The notes beneath the pieces were generated by a model that did not search any database, was not told where the DNA came from, and saw nothing but the letters and a program-made list of their open reading frames with translations. From Promethearchaeota archaeon (GTDB taxonomy: Archaea > Asgardarchaeota > Lokiarchaeia > Sigyniarchaeales > SOKP01), in the NCBI GenBank assembly GCA_048937405.1, contig JBHLNF010000009.1:128001-192000 (forward strand): a stretch of 64,000 bases of DNA, written 5' to 3'. Position 1 is the first letter of the stretch. Every line of letters begins with the position of its first letter. Below, piece after piece: positions 40,981 to 50,585 of this stretch. A program made the translations under genes and the position numbers.

Positions 40981-43065
40981 TCAAAATTGGATTTCAGTCC
41001 ATAAAGCAGGATGATCTGATTCAGGCACATTTATATACCGGGTCTCTAATACGGTAAAACTAGACGAAACGAAGATATAATCTATACGATCTGATAAATC
41101 ATAACTGCTACCATCTACACCTCGAGAAGATGCAGTTACCCAAGCATCCTGTAATACTGCGACCGACATATTATAATAAATCGTATTATTTCTAAAATTA
41201 AAGTCACCCATCGAAATTACATTTGTCTTGCCACTAATACGATTCATTAATGCATCCATATGAGCTTGTTTTACGTCAGCACTACCAGATGGGTGATTTA
41301 CATACACATTAAAGATTAAAGTACCTACTTTAATTTGTACCTCAGTTGTTCCTACTTCATCTTCATCGCTATATGTAAAGAAAGTCACTGGGTTAATAAT
41401 TGGATACCGAGAAAGAATTGCAGCTCCAAATGTCCCTGTGACTGTTCTTGGTCCATAAAAAGAATAATAGTTTAACCGATTAGCAAAGTAACGTACAACG
41501 TCAGAACTACCATGCGACATTCTTGCGGTATCACATTCTTGCAGACCTAAAATATCTGGATTAACATCTTCAATAATAGCTAATTGGTTATCATAGTTTT
41601 TCTCTCCTTCTATATCTACGCCTTGCTGAAGATTATACGTCATTACGGTAAGATTTGTTATACTGCTTGTATCTTGTGCTTTGGATCGTAATTCCCAGCT
41701 TAATACTGACACAGTAGTTCCAATCAGTAGAACCACTAATAATGAAGCCAATATTCTTTTATCACGTGGATTAGTAAATATTTGCTTGAATTTTAGCAGA
41801 TCTTTCTTGAAGATAGCTTTTCCCATAATTGGTATTGCGATTCCGACTAATAGGAATGGAAGCCAAAATAAGTTACGAAATAATTGACTTACAGGATCTA
41901 TATAACCCCATACATTTGTAAATATCAACATAAACATGACTAAAATGAAAAAAAGGCTCCCAACAACGAATCCTGCTCCAATTTTTGAAGGTTTTGGTTG
42001 TTTTCTTACAATTTCTCGACTTAAAAGCGTAAAATCGATAAATACTATTGGTATCAATGCAATCATTATAATCAATGGAATATAGTACTGTATACCTAGT
42101 GGATGATTTATTACTACTGGAGCAGAATCTGGGCTAACTGGAAAAGGAAAAGTGTGAACTGCTATTGTAAGAACAAGCGATGTTATAAATAGACCATTCC
42201 ATATCCATAATATTTTTGAATTTAATTTTCCAAGAATCCCTGGTTTAAATGATAAAATGGTTATAGTTAGAGAGATCATAATAGCAACAGCAATAGAAAT
42301 TGTTATGTAATCTCCTTCCGTCCATCTTGAAATAACGGTGGGACTAATAAATGCAAAATAAGTCAGAGTTAATATACTCATCAGTCCAAGCGATAGTAGT
42401 TTAACACCTTTAAATCTACTTTTTCTACTTGAATCTACTTCCTCTGGAGAATTTGATTTTCCCTCATTTGCAGGATTCGACGTTTTATCTTTCTGATTTT
42501 CCATTAAACGATTTACTATCAATAGAATACCTATAATCCCTAAAATCCATCCAATAAATTGAAAGTAACTATAGATAGAAATATCATAGGTTGAATTTAG
42601 AGCCCTTAAAGTTATTGAAAGCAAAATTGCTGAAGCAAGCCCTATACTAAGTTTCAAACTAATCCTCCCTTCATTATCGTCATTTTGAGATTTCATCGAT
42701 TGAAGGTAATATAGAGGGAAAAACAACATAATACATCCTACTCCCAATCCTGATGTTATGATTTTACTAGCAGAATCCAATAGTGGTGAAATTAAACGCA
42801 TAATTATAGCTATTATAGCAACAACTTCTAGAAAATAATCTGGAATACTACGTCGAAATCCTAATAAGATTAAAGGTGATAATAAGAATAAAATTCCTGC
42901 AGCTTTCTCATCAAGACTCAAATTTAATAAATCTAACATGTAAACTGATTCAATTAAATCCCCTAGTAACTGAAAGAAGAATAAGAATAGCACCGTTAAT
43001 AAAGCAATATCAGAATTAAAATTTCTAATAAAATTTTTTATAGATTCCATAATTAGTGAATTCAT
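40981..43065 (-). CDS. CWH43/PGAP2IP-like polytopic membrane protein with C-terminal EEP (DNase I-like) domain
   Basis: More than 10 TM helices, then MTYNLQQG, LGLQECDTAR, YGP...GAAILSRYPI, GDFN, RIDYIF, SDHP. Confidence 0.85.
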   Translation of the reverse strand: MNSLIMESIKNFIRNFNSDIALLTVLFLFFFQLLGDLIESVYMLDLLNLSLDEKAAGILFLLSPLILLGFRRSIPDYFLEVVAIIAIIMRLISPLLDSASKIITSGLGVGCIMLFFPLYYLQSMKSQNDDNEGRISLKLSIGLASAILLSITLRALNSTYDISIYSYFQFIGWILGIIGILLIVNRLMENQKDKTSNPANEGKSNSPEEVDSSRKSRFKGVKLLSLGLMSILTLTYFAFISPTVISRWTEGDYITISIAVAIMISLTITILSFKPGILGKLNSKILWIWNGLFITSLVLTIAVHTFPFPVSPDSAPVVINHPLGIQYYIPLIIMIALIPIVFIDFTLLSREIVRKQPKPSKIGAGFVVGSLFFILVMFMLIFTNVWGYIDPVSQLFRNLFWLPFLLVGIAIPIMGKAIFKKDLLKFKQIFTNPRDKRILASLLVVLLIGTTVSVLSWELRSKAQDTSSITNLTVMTYNLQQGVDIEGEKNYDNQLAIIEDVNPDILGLQECDTARMSHGSSDVVRYFANRLNYYSFYGPRTVTGTFGAAILSRYPIINPVTFFTYSDEDEVGTTEVQIKVGTLIFNVYVNHPSGSADVKQAHMDALMNRISGKTNVISMGDFNFRNNTIYYNMSVAVLQDAWVTASSRGVDGSSYDLSDRIDYIFVSSSFTVLETRYINVPESDHPALWTEIQF

Positions 43066-43256
43066 TTTTAGACTTTATAAATATTCTCAACATTATCTAC
43101 TCATTCCCTTAATTCGACTTTTATAAGAATTCACTAATTTTTGGTTTACAAATACACTTATAATGGACAAAGATCATTGATAAAGAAGTTATACATCCAT
43201 TAAAAAAGAGTTTTTCAATATATTTGAATTTCTTTTAAGTGAAGGCTAATTCTACA

Positions 43257-43646
43257 TTATAATAAATTATCTAATATTCTATCTACTTTTTCTTTAATAT
43301 TCAATTTAGCAGTACTAGTATCTTTTAAAACTTGTTTTGTTTCAATAAAAATGTTTGTACTTAAATTTTTCATTAGTTTTAGATCCTTTTCACCTTCAAT
43401 AATATACACAAAATAAATTACTTTTTTATGATTTCCTAACAACTCTTTCGTAATTATGGTTATTTCATAATTGTCACCATATGTAATTGTAGCAATATCT
43501 TCTCTGAATAATTCTTTTCCTATTGCACCTATAGCTGAAATCAAACCACTGAAAATAGTAGGCTCAATCTGACCAATTTTCGGATCTATTTTTTGAGAAT
43601 AGAATGGATATCCTGTAGAATCGCAAATTAATACTGATTTTATCAT
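43257..43646 (-). CDS. Stand-alone longin/roadblock-like protein
   Basis: IKSVLICDSTGYPFY...IFSGLISAI..IGKEL pattern. Confidence 0.65.
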   Translation of the reverse strand: MIKSVLICDSTGYPFYSQKIDPKIGQIEPTIFSGLISAIGAIGKELFREDIATITYGDNYEITIITKELLGNHKKVIYFVYIIEGEKDLKLMKNLSTNIFIETKQVLKDTSTAKLNIKEKVDRILDNLL

Positions 43647-44103
43647 TTGTTATTAAAAACCTTGATTTATATTCTTGGTACTTTTTTATATTTATACCTA
43701 GAATATATTTTTCATTTTTAACTTTCAGCTTTTATATAATTGTTAGAGTTATTTAGTAGTATAAAACAAATATGTTCAAATTTGATAAATTAGCATGAAA
43801 ACAAAATTTTAAGGAGATATATATTAATTTTCAGTTAAACTTTTTCGATAGAAATGAGAGTATGAAGAAAATATATTTAATCAAGAGCAGTAAAATGAGT
43901 AAAATGAGTTAAGATTAGTTTAACCATTATAAAATCTTAATAAATACTTATTAATTATTTTTAAATAAAAAGAAATTACTTTTAGCAGCTCAGTGAGAAA
44001 TTATAAATAGGTGTACTATTAGATAAATGAATAGACAATCAATTAAAACAAATATAATTAAATAAAAATCAAAAAAGTCTGAATTTAGTATGGGTGATTA
44101 GAG

Positions 44104-44622
44104 TTGAGTCAATTATTTATTTTTTTTATTTTAGGAGGTGTGATTTTTGTTATTTTTTTCATCTTCATTGCTTGGCTTATCTTAAAAATAAGAAAAACAA
44201 TAAAAAAGAAGTATCTTCCAAAGATAGCTACTAGCTTTAAATGCCTTGATGGACATATTGTAAAATCAAGAGGAGAATTAATTATAGACAATCATCTTTA
44301 TCGCCTTGGACTTGAGCATAAATATGAGGATACAATTAAAATACGAGGTAATCTTCTAAAATATGATTGGTATCTACCAGAATATGAGATTTATATAGAA
44401 TATTGGGGATATTTTGGAAAAGATTATATGAAAAGAAAAGAAGAAAAACTTGAATTATATCGAAAAGGAAAAATCCATCTAATTTCAATAGAAGATATAA
44501 TGCTTGAAGATGTTTATTCAAATCTAGAAAGAGAATTAACCCAAATTATAAAAATAAATAAGTATAATCCAGAGAAAAAATATTGCCCAAATTGTGGAAC
44601 TGAATTAGATAAAAGATTTTAG
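44104..44622 (+). CDS. Membrane-anchored PD-(D/E)XK-like nuclease domain protein with C-terminal CxxC
   Basis: N-terminal TM; DGHIVKSRGELIIDN..DWYL..IYIEYWG; CPNCG. Confidence 0.7.
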   Translation: MSQLFIFFILGGVIFVIFFIFIAWLILKIRKTIKKKYLPKIATSFKCLDGHIVKSRGELIIDNHLYRLGLEHKYEDTIKIRGNLLKYDWYLPEYEIYIEYWGYFGKDYMKRKEEKLELYRKGKIHLISIEDIMLEDVYSNLERELTQIIKINKYNPEKKYCPNCGTELDKRF

Positions 44623-44639
44623 ATGAAATTAACGTCTTT

Positions 44640-45431
44640 TTATCCTTTCTGATTTATAATATCTTCGATCGTAATATCAGGATGATGATATCTTTGAGTT
44701 TTTAAAGATTTTTCACTGAATTGAATAGATTTTTCAGGACAAAAATTAATGCATGCTAGACATAGTTGACATCTGTGTTGCCATTTTGGTTTCCCATCGA
44801 CTAATAAAATATTATTTACAGGACAGATTTTCTCACAAATCCCACAACTAGTGCATGTATCGTCTGAATAGAATGATTTATCTTTCTCATTTACGGTCTC
44901 AAAAAATTTCATGTTAAATCTTTCACTGTTAGTTACATCTCTTTGTAAGATCTCTGGAGTTACATTTTCTTTTCCAAGATTTACAGTTTTAGAGATAAGT
45001 TCAATTTTTTCGATTGCTTTTTTGAAAAACTCTTTTTGTTGTTTTTCTGAGTGGATATCAAATCCAATAATATAATTGTTTGGCATGGTAATATAAAATC
45101 CCGCATGAAGCTTTTTTGATTTTTTTTTTAATATTCTATCCAATTGTTGTAAAGGTTGCTCATTAATACCTCCTGCATTCGTTACTACAGTAAAGAAATA
45201 GTTAGAATTATCAAGATCTATTCTATTTATGAAATCAGCAACTATTTTTGGTAATCCAGAATAATAAAGTGGAAAAATAAAGCCGACTTTTTTATTTTTC
45301 GATTTAAAATTCTCTAATTCCCATACCTTTGCAATAGGGATAAGTAATGAATCTTCAATTTTATTAGAAAGCTCTTTAGCAATTTTTAAAGAATTTCCTG
45401 TGCCAGTGAAATAATAAATTTCTGTTCCCAT
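44640..45431 (-). CDS. EFR1-type flavodoxin-ferredoxin fusion
   Basis: YFTGTGNS, MPNNY, two 4Fe-4S motifs, RYHHP. Confidence 0.9.
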   Translation of the reverse strand: MGTEIYYFTGTGNSLKIAKELSNKIEDSLLIPIAKVWELENFKSKNKKVGFIFPLYYSGLPKIVADFINRIDLDNSNYFFTVVTNAGGINEQPLQQLDRILKKKSKKLHAGFYITMPNNYIIGFDIHSEKQQKEFFKKAIEKIELISKTVNLGKENVTPEILQRDVTNSERFNMKFFETVNEKDKSFYSDDTCTSCGICEKICPVNNILLVDGKPKWQHRCQLCLACINFCPEKSIQFSEKSLKTQRYHHPDITIEDIINQKG

Positions 45432-45722
45432 ATCTTTCTTTACACTCTTTAAGGTTATTTAGTATTTTAAAATTTCAAATCGTTTGTCATATATTTTTTT
45501 ATATTGTTTATTTCAAATAGATTTTGTGTATTAGTCTTACCAAGATACAGATTAGTATTATTATATTTGAGATTTTTTACTATTTATTCTTTATAATATC
45601 GTTTATAAATATTAATTGATTAATTCTCAAATGGAAATTAGAATCAGCAAAGTTTGTAAAAGTAATCAAAAAAAAGAGATATTCTAAAATTTGAAAATAT
45701 TAGAATAAAGACTTTATTTATT

Positions 45723-45827
45723 TTATTTTTTAGCTGGTGCTTTCTTTTTAGCTGGTGCTTTCTTTTTAGCTGGTGCCTTTTTTTTAGCTGGTGCTTTCTT
45801 TTTAGCTGGAGCTTTCTTTTTTGCCAT
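45723..45827 (-). CDS. 34-aa histone H1 tail-like basic peptide MA(KKKAPA)5KK
   Basis: ATG at 45827 with GAGGAG upstream, TAA at 45723-45725; variation among the five 18-bp repeats is synonymous in this frame. Confidence 0.8.
   Translation of the reverse strand: MAKKKAPAKKKAPAKKKAPAKKKAPAKKKAPAKK
45726..45821. repeat. 18-bp tandem repeat, about 5 copies
   Basis: Unit TTTTTAGCTGGTGCTTTC on the + strand. Confidence 0.95.
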
Positions 45828-46123
45828 ATTTCAATTCGTCTCCTCAATTCTGCCTAAATTAGTTGAATAAATTAATTTTTGTTAACTATTGATAGATTTG
45901 TATTTAAACATTTCTAATTTATCTTATTCCAAAGTTATTAACTTAATTATATTTTCTAATAAAAAGCATTTTTATAATAATTCGGTTTTATTTTAATTAT
46001 TTAAATGAGCAATGAATTAAAATAAGAAAAATAAAACAATCTGAAATTGATTTAACATGTGTAATCGAGAAGTTGGTTTAAGAAAATATTTGTTATAATT
46101 AAATATGAAATAAATTGATAAGA

Positions 46124-46444
46124 TTACTCGCGATTACGTATATCTATAATTTCAATAATTTTAAACTCCTCATCAAAAATAAATTTATCATGATAATGCT
46201 CAGTATAATACTCATCCATTTCTGGAGTATGCAGAAATTCTGTTTCTGTATAAATATCATATTTGCATGTGACTTCAAAAATTAATTTGTCTTGGAAGAT
46301 CAATTCTTTTGGTTTACCTAATTCAAATTTGATTAATGATCTATAAGAAAGATGATCACTTCCCTTTCTACTATGCTCTCCTAAATTACGCAACTTATGA
46401 ATCTCTTTTTTTATAAGATTTTCTAATTTATCGAAATTTGACAT
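46124..46444 (-). CDS. Hypothetical protein
   Basis: 106-aa ORF; its 5' end is duplicated at 47399-47464. Confidence 0.7.
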   Translation of the reverse strand: MSNFDKLENLIKKEIHKLRNLGEHSRKGSDHLSYRSLIKFELGKPKELIFQDKLIFEVTCKYDIYTETEFLHTPEMDEYYTEHYHDKFIFDEEFKIIEIIDIRNRE

Positions 46445-46491
46445 AAAAAATAAAATAAGAAAAATAGTAAATAATATAGGTTTGTATCAAG

Positions 46492-47301
46492 TTAGTTTTT
46501 GTTCACATAGTCCAGAAAAGCCTTTACAACCATGTGAAATTTTGGATCAGAGACAGCAGTAATGTGATCTTTTCCTTGAATTTGAAAATAGCAAGCACCA
46601 GGTACTAATTGAGCTATTAAAGTTCTATCTCCCATTATTAAGTCTTCAGATCCTAAAACACCCATAACTGGCACATTGATTTTTTTAATAGCTTCTCTCT
46701 TTTTGTCATTTGGTAGGGATGAGACTCCCGGACCTAGACCACCACCCTTTAAAACGGCAGCTAAAGCATCAAAATCTTGTAAATGGGAATCCTTATAAGC
46801 CCCAATTATTTGTCGGAATCTCAAAATAGCGGGATTTTTTATATCATCAATATTTTCTGTTTTTAAGCCCTCTATCCAATTATCGATCAGTTGTTTAGTA
46901 GCGGCTCTTTCTTTATCTCCTGGAAACGATAGTGCAAATCCTCCAAAAATAGCACTTATAAAGAGTTCTTGATTTCGAAGTAAAAGCTCCATCATTAGCA
47001 TCGATCCCATAGAATAACCGAAAAAATTAGCTTTCTTAATGGATAAGTGATCAAGTAATTTAAGGATATCATCAATCAAATGGTCTCCATATTGTGTAGG
47101 ATCTTTAGGTTTATCACTTTTCCCATGCCCACGACAATCTATAAGTATTAATTTATAATCATCCTTTAAAACATCCACCCATTTAGTTTCTCTCCAATTA
47201 CCATCTATATTTGCCGCAAACCCATGAATCAGAATCACTGGTGGCCCTTCTCCTTCAACTTCATAATAAATTTTAATTCCATCATTATTAAAAAATGGCA
47301 C
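46492..47301 (-). CDS. Alpha/beta hydrolase (copy 1, GTG start)
   Basis: HGF, DCRGHG, GYSMG nucleophile, KDH. Confidence 0.92.
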   Translation of the reverse strand: MPFFNNDGIKIYYEVEGEGPPVILIHGFAANIDGNWRETKWVDVLKDDYKLILIDCRGHGKSDKPKDPTQYGDHLIDDILKLLDHLSIKKANFFGYSMGSMLMMELLLRNQELFISAIFGGFALSFPGDKERAATKQLIDNWIEGLKTENIDDIKNPAILRFRQIIGAYKDSHLQDFDALAAVLKGGGLGPGVSSLPNDKKREAIKKINVPVMGVLGSEDLIMGDRTLIAQLVPGACYFQIQGKDHITAVSDPKFHMVVKAFLDYVNKN

Positions 47302-47398
47302 TTTTTTTGTTCCTCATAAATTTTTAGGTTTTAATATTTATGTTATTTATATTTCCATTTAATATAGTATTTCTTAAATCTGTTCTTCAATTCAAGAA

Positions 47399-47464
47399 TT
47401 AATTTAATTTTCTTAATGGAATCTCTTTTTTTATAAGATCTCCTAATTTATTGAAATTTGACAT
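47399..47464 (-). pseudogene. Truncated duplicate of the 46124-46444 5' end
   Basis: MSNFNKLGDLIKKEI vs MSNFDKLENLIKKEI, then a stop after 21 aa. Confidence 0.75.
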
Positions 47465-47514
47465 AATAAATAAAACGAGAAAAAAAAGTAAATATTATAG
47501 AGGTTGGTATCTCT

Positions 47515-48324
47515 TTAGTTTTTGTTTACATAAGCTAAAAAAGCTTTTACAACCATGTGAAATTTTGGATCTGAGACAACAGTAATATGATCTTTTCCTT
47601 GAATTTGAAAATAACAAGCATCTGGAACTATTTGAGCTACCAAGGTTTTATCCCCAGGAATGAAATCATCAGATCCTAAAACTGCCATGACCGGCACATT
47701 GATTTTTTTAATAGCCTCTTTCCTTTCATCATTTGATTGGGTTGAATCGCCCTGAACTAAAGAACCACCCTTTAAAACGGCAGCTAAAGCATCAAAATCT
47801 TGTAAATGAGAATCTCTATAAGCCCCAATTACTTGTCGGAATCTCAAAATAGCGGGATTTTTTATATCATCAATATTTTCTGTTTTTAAACCCTCAATCC
47901 AATTATCTATCATTTGTTCAGAGGTGGCTCTTTGTTGATCTCCTGGAAACGATAGTGCAAATCCTCCGAGAATAGCACTTATAAATAGTTCTTGATTTCG
48001 AAGTAAAAGTTCCATAGTTAGTCTCGATCCCATCGAATAACCGAAAAAATTAGCCTTTTTAATGGATAGATTATCAAGCAATTTAACGATATCATCAACC
48101 ATATGTGCTCCATACTGTGCAGGATCTTTAGGCTTATCACTTCTTCCATGCCCACGACAATCTATAAGTATTAATTTATAATCATCCTTTAGAACATTTA
48201 CCCAATTAGTATCTTTCCAATTACCATCGATATTTGCTGCAAATCCATGAATCATTACCACAGGTGGTCCTTCGCCTTCAACTTCATAATGTATTTTAAC
48301 TCCTTCATTATCAAAAAATGGCAT
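47515..48324 (-). CDS. Alpha/beta hydrolase (copy 2)
   Basis: Same length as copy 1, with long identical stretches. Confidence 0.92.
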   Translation of the reverse strand: MPFFDNEGVKIHYEVEGEGPPVVMIHGFAANIDGNWKDTNWVNVLKDDYKLILIDCRGHGRSDKPKDPAQYGAHMVDDIVKLLDNLSIKKANFFGYSMGSRLTMELLLRNQELFISAILGGFALSFPGDQQRATSEQMIDNWIEGLKTENIDDIKNPAILRFRQVIGAYRDSHLQDFDALAAVLKGGSLVQGDSTQSNDERKEAIKKINVPVMAVLGSDDFIPGDKTLVAQIVPDACYFQIQGKDHITVVSDPKFHMVVKAFLAYVNKN

Positions 48325-48421
48325 TCTAATTTTACCTCACAGATTTTTTAGATTAAACTTTAATGTTATTTTATTATTTTTATCTTTATTTTTTGTCATA
48401 TTTAATGTTATACTATTTACA

Positions 48422-48664
48422 TCACTTAATTTCTGATTCAAGGTTTAATTGGATCAATTTATTCCTTAGATATAATAAACTAATTCCAATTGATAAAAGT
48501 ATACTTCCACTTATCAGTAATGACCAGCCATCATAAATATAATACCAATCTATCTCTCTAATGACAATATAGAATGTAAAAATACCCAATATCGAAAACA
48601 CTACTCCCAAAAATAGAAGGACATTTTCAATTGGATTTTTCAATTTTTGAGTGTATTCTGACAT
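48422..48664 (-). CDS. Small 2-TM membrane protein
   Basis: Two hydrophobic helices. Confidence 0.65.
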   Translation of the reverse strand: MSEYTQKLKNPIENVLLFLGVVFSILGIFTFYIVIREIDWYYIYDGWSLLISGSILLSIGISLLYLRNKLIQLNLESEIK

Positions 48665-48835
48665 AATTTCATCTTTAGATTATATTTAAATTTAATTGAA
48701 TTTACCGAAAAATATAATTAAAGAGAATTAAAAAAGATTATTATAAAATTGATGGTTAATAGGAAAAATTGTAGGAAATGAAGCTTTATAAGGAATATCT
48801 CATCTAGAAATAAAAAAAAAGGAAGGAATAATTTC

Positions 48836-49024
48836 TTAATTATCCTTTTTAACTATATATGGATATTCATCTATGTATTCAAACATATTTGGAAATTTAA
48901 GTTTCCATCCACGAGTCTTTAGAATTTTTTTTTTAAGTTTTTGTTTATGAATTACTTTTCTACTTACTCTATTGCGTGGATATTTTTTTTTCTTTTTCTT
49001 TTGTTTTTGATATATTACTGACAT
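48836..49024 (-). CDS. 62-aa Lys-rich basic protein
   Basis: Poly-K N-terminus; SD GAGGTG upstream beyond a hairpin. Confidence 0.6.
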   Translation of the reverse strand: MSVIYQKQKKKKKKYPRNRVSRKVIHKQKLKKKILKTRGWKLKFPNMFEYIDEYPYIVKKDN

Positions 49025-49054
49025 GTTAATCCGTCATTTCGGATTAACCACCTC
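49025..49054 (-). promoter_or_regulatory. Hairpin between SD and start codon, containing an MTD* mini-ORF
   Basis: GAGGTG-GTTAATCCG-AAATGA-CGGATTAAC-ATG; perfect 9-bp stem. Confidence 0.55.
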
Positions 49055-49778
49055 ATCTTCTACTTTTAATGTTCTATTTATATGAATAAGATATGGAAAT
49101 TTAATAAAATATGTTTTAATTCATATAAAATAATTATATCTAAAAACTCATAAAAATTTATCATTATATAATAAGATAATAATGAGAATTATATTTAAGC
49201 TTTATTATATTGGAGGAAGTTAATGTAGGCCCAAAAATAATTAATCTATCAGTCAATAATTAGGTAAATCACGATTATTGTAAGAGATTAACCTTACTAT
49301 GTCATTATATAACATATCAGATTTGTGTATTGTTGATATATTGAGATGCATTTTTACTATGCTATATAATAACCTAAGTAGATTGTTAACCTGCCTAATT
49401 ATTAAAAAACCTAGTGAATGCCTTTTCCGGAGTAGCCTTCAGGGGCTACGTGTGCGTTATTGACATTGATAATGAAAGGCAATATTTTCTATTCTAGAGA
49501 TAAAATTAGGGCTATATAAACTGGATAGACTATATAAAAAATAACAAACTCTTCCAATATAATGATTGTCTATAATCATAGGTATCCAATCTTAAATAAT
49601 CTGGTTAAATTATTTAGAGTATATCGTAATAAAAGATTTTTTCGGTTTTTTAATTTTCTTATAGATATTTTCAAATAATCTAAAATTCAAATTTATTATT
49701 CTACATTAAAAAATTTAGGAACTATAAAAAATGTCAAGAATAATTTAGGAGTGCAATTATTTACGAATTAATTTACAG

Positions 49779-50171
49779 TTATTCTTTAAGCCTTCCTAAT
49801 TCTTTTTCCAAACGTTTAATCTTTCGATCAATACCCTTCGATTTAAGTTTCTTTTCTTTAAAAATTGCTTTTAATTGCTTATTAATTTCTCTTTCTTTAT
49901 TATTTTTCAGAGTATTATATTTTTTTTCCAAGTCTTTTACAATGGGCATCATTCCTTTTTTATTTTCCTCTAAATCATTTATACTTTCAATAATTTCATT
50001 AAGTATTGCTTGTTCTTTCCTTAATTGATCCTCCACCTCACTGATTTTTAGATCAAATTCTTTATTTATTCTATCTCTAACATAGACTTCTTTTTGTTTT
50101 GCAGTTTGTTCAATTTGTTCAATTTCTACAGCAATCTTATTTATTTGATCTCGAAGTTCTTCATCTGACAT
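49779..50171 (-). CDS. Coiled-coil protein (paralog of 36092-36445)
   Basis: Heptad pattern and shared motif. Confidence 0.75.
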   Translation of the reverse strand: MSDEELRDQINKIAVEIEQIEQTAKQKEVYVRDRINKEFDLKISEVEDQLRKEQAILNEIIESINDLEENKKGMMPIVKDLEKKYNTLKNNKEREINKQLKAIFKEKKLKSKGIDRKIKRLEKELGRLKE

Positions 50172-50395
50172 TTTGATTTTCTTTATTATTATTTTTTTTC
50201 TGCTCTAGTAATTTTATAGATTTTTGATCTTATATAATTTTAATTTTGATGAATTACATCTTAACAGAGGAAAAGCATGAGGGCATTTTTGCAATATATT
50301 TTAAGTAGAAATTATTACTATAAGAATTTAGATTATATAAATAAGAGAAATTAATGACTGTTTTGTCAATTTTTCCATATTCTTTATCTTCATGC

Positions 50396-50496
50396 TTTAC
50401 GTGCGTAAAATTTTAATAAGTTTTATAAATTATAACGAGTTCATAATAATTTAAGGCTATTATTTACTAATATAGAAGAGTATTTACGTACGTAAA
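50396..50496. promoter_or_regulatory. Two 14-bp palindromic operators TTTACGTRCGTAAA
   Basis: TTTACGTGCGTAAA at 50396-50409 and perfect TTTACGTACGTAAA at 50483-50496, flanking a TTTTATAA box near 50421. Confidence 0.72.
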
Positions 50497-50585
50497 AAAA
50501 TACAATAGTTTAATAAATAAAGAACTTTTTAAGTAAAAAAGCAAAGAACAAAACAAAAAACGATAGAATAAGGTAAAAATTAAAT

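Noticed and set aside
43889-43910. GTAAAATGA short tandem repeat
   Set aside because: About 2.5 copies in AT-rich DNA; likely slippage
45726-45821. Repeat array as CRISPR
   Set aside because: Contiguous 18-bp units with no spacers and no cas genes
45644-45847. Track ORF with KRKHQL repeats
   Set aside because: Alternative frame of the repeat; the KKKAPA frame has the ATG, the SD and synonymous-only variation
49426-49490. tRNA-like start CCGGAGTAGCC
   Set aside because: No T-loop GTTCRA and no acceptor stem; kept only as a generic structured RNA candidate
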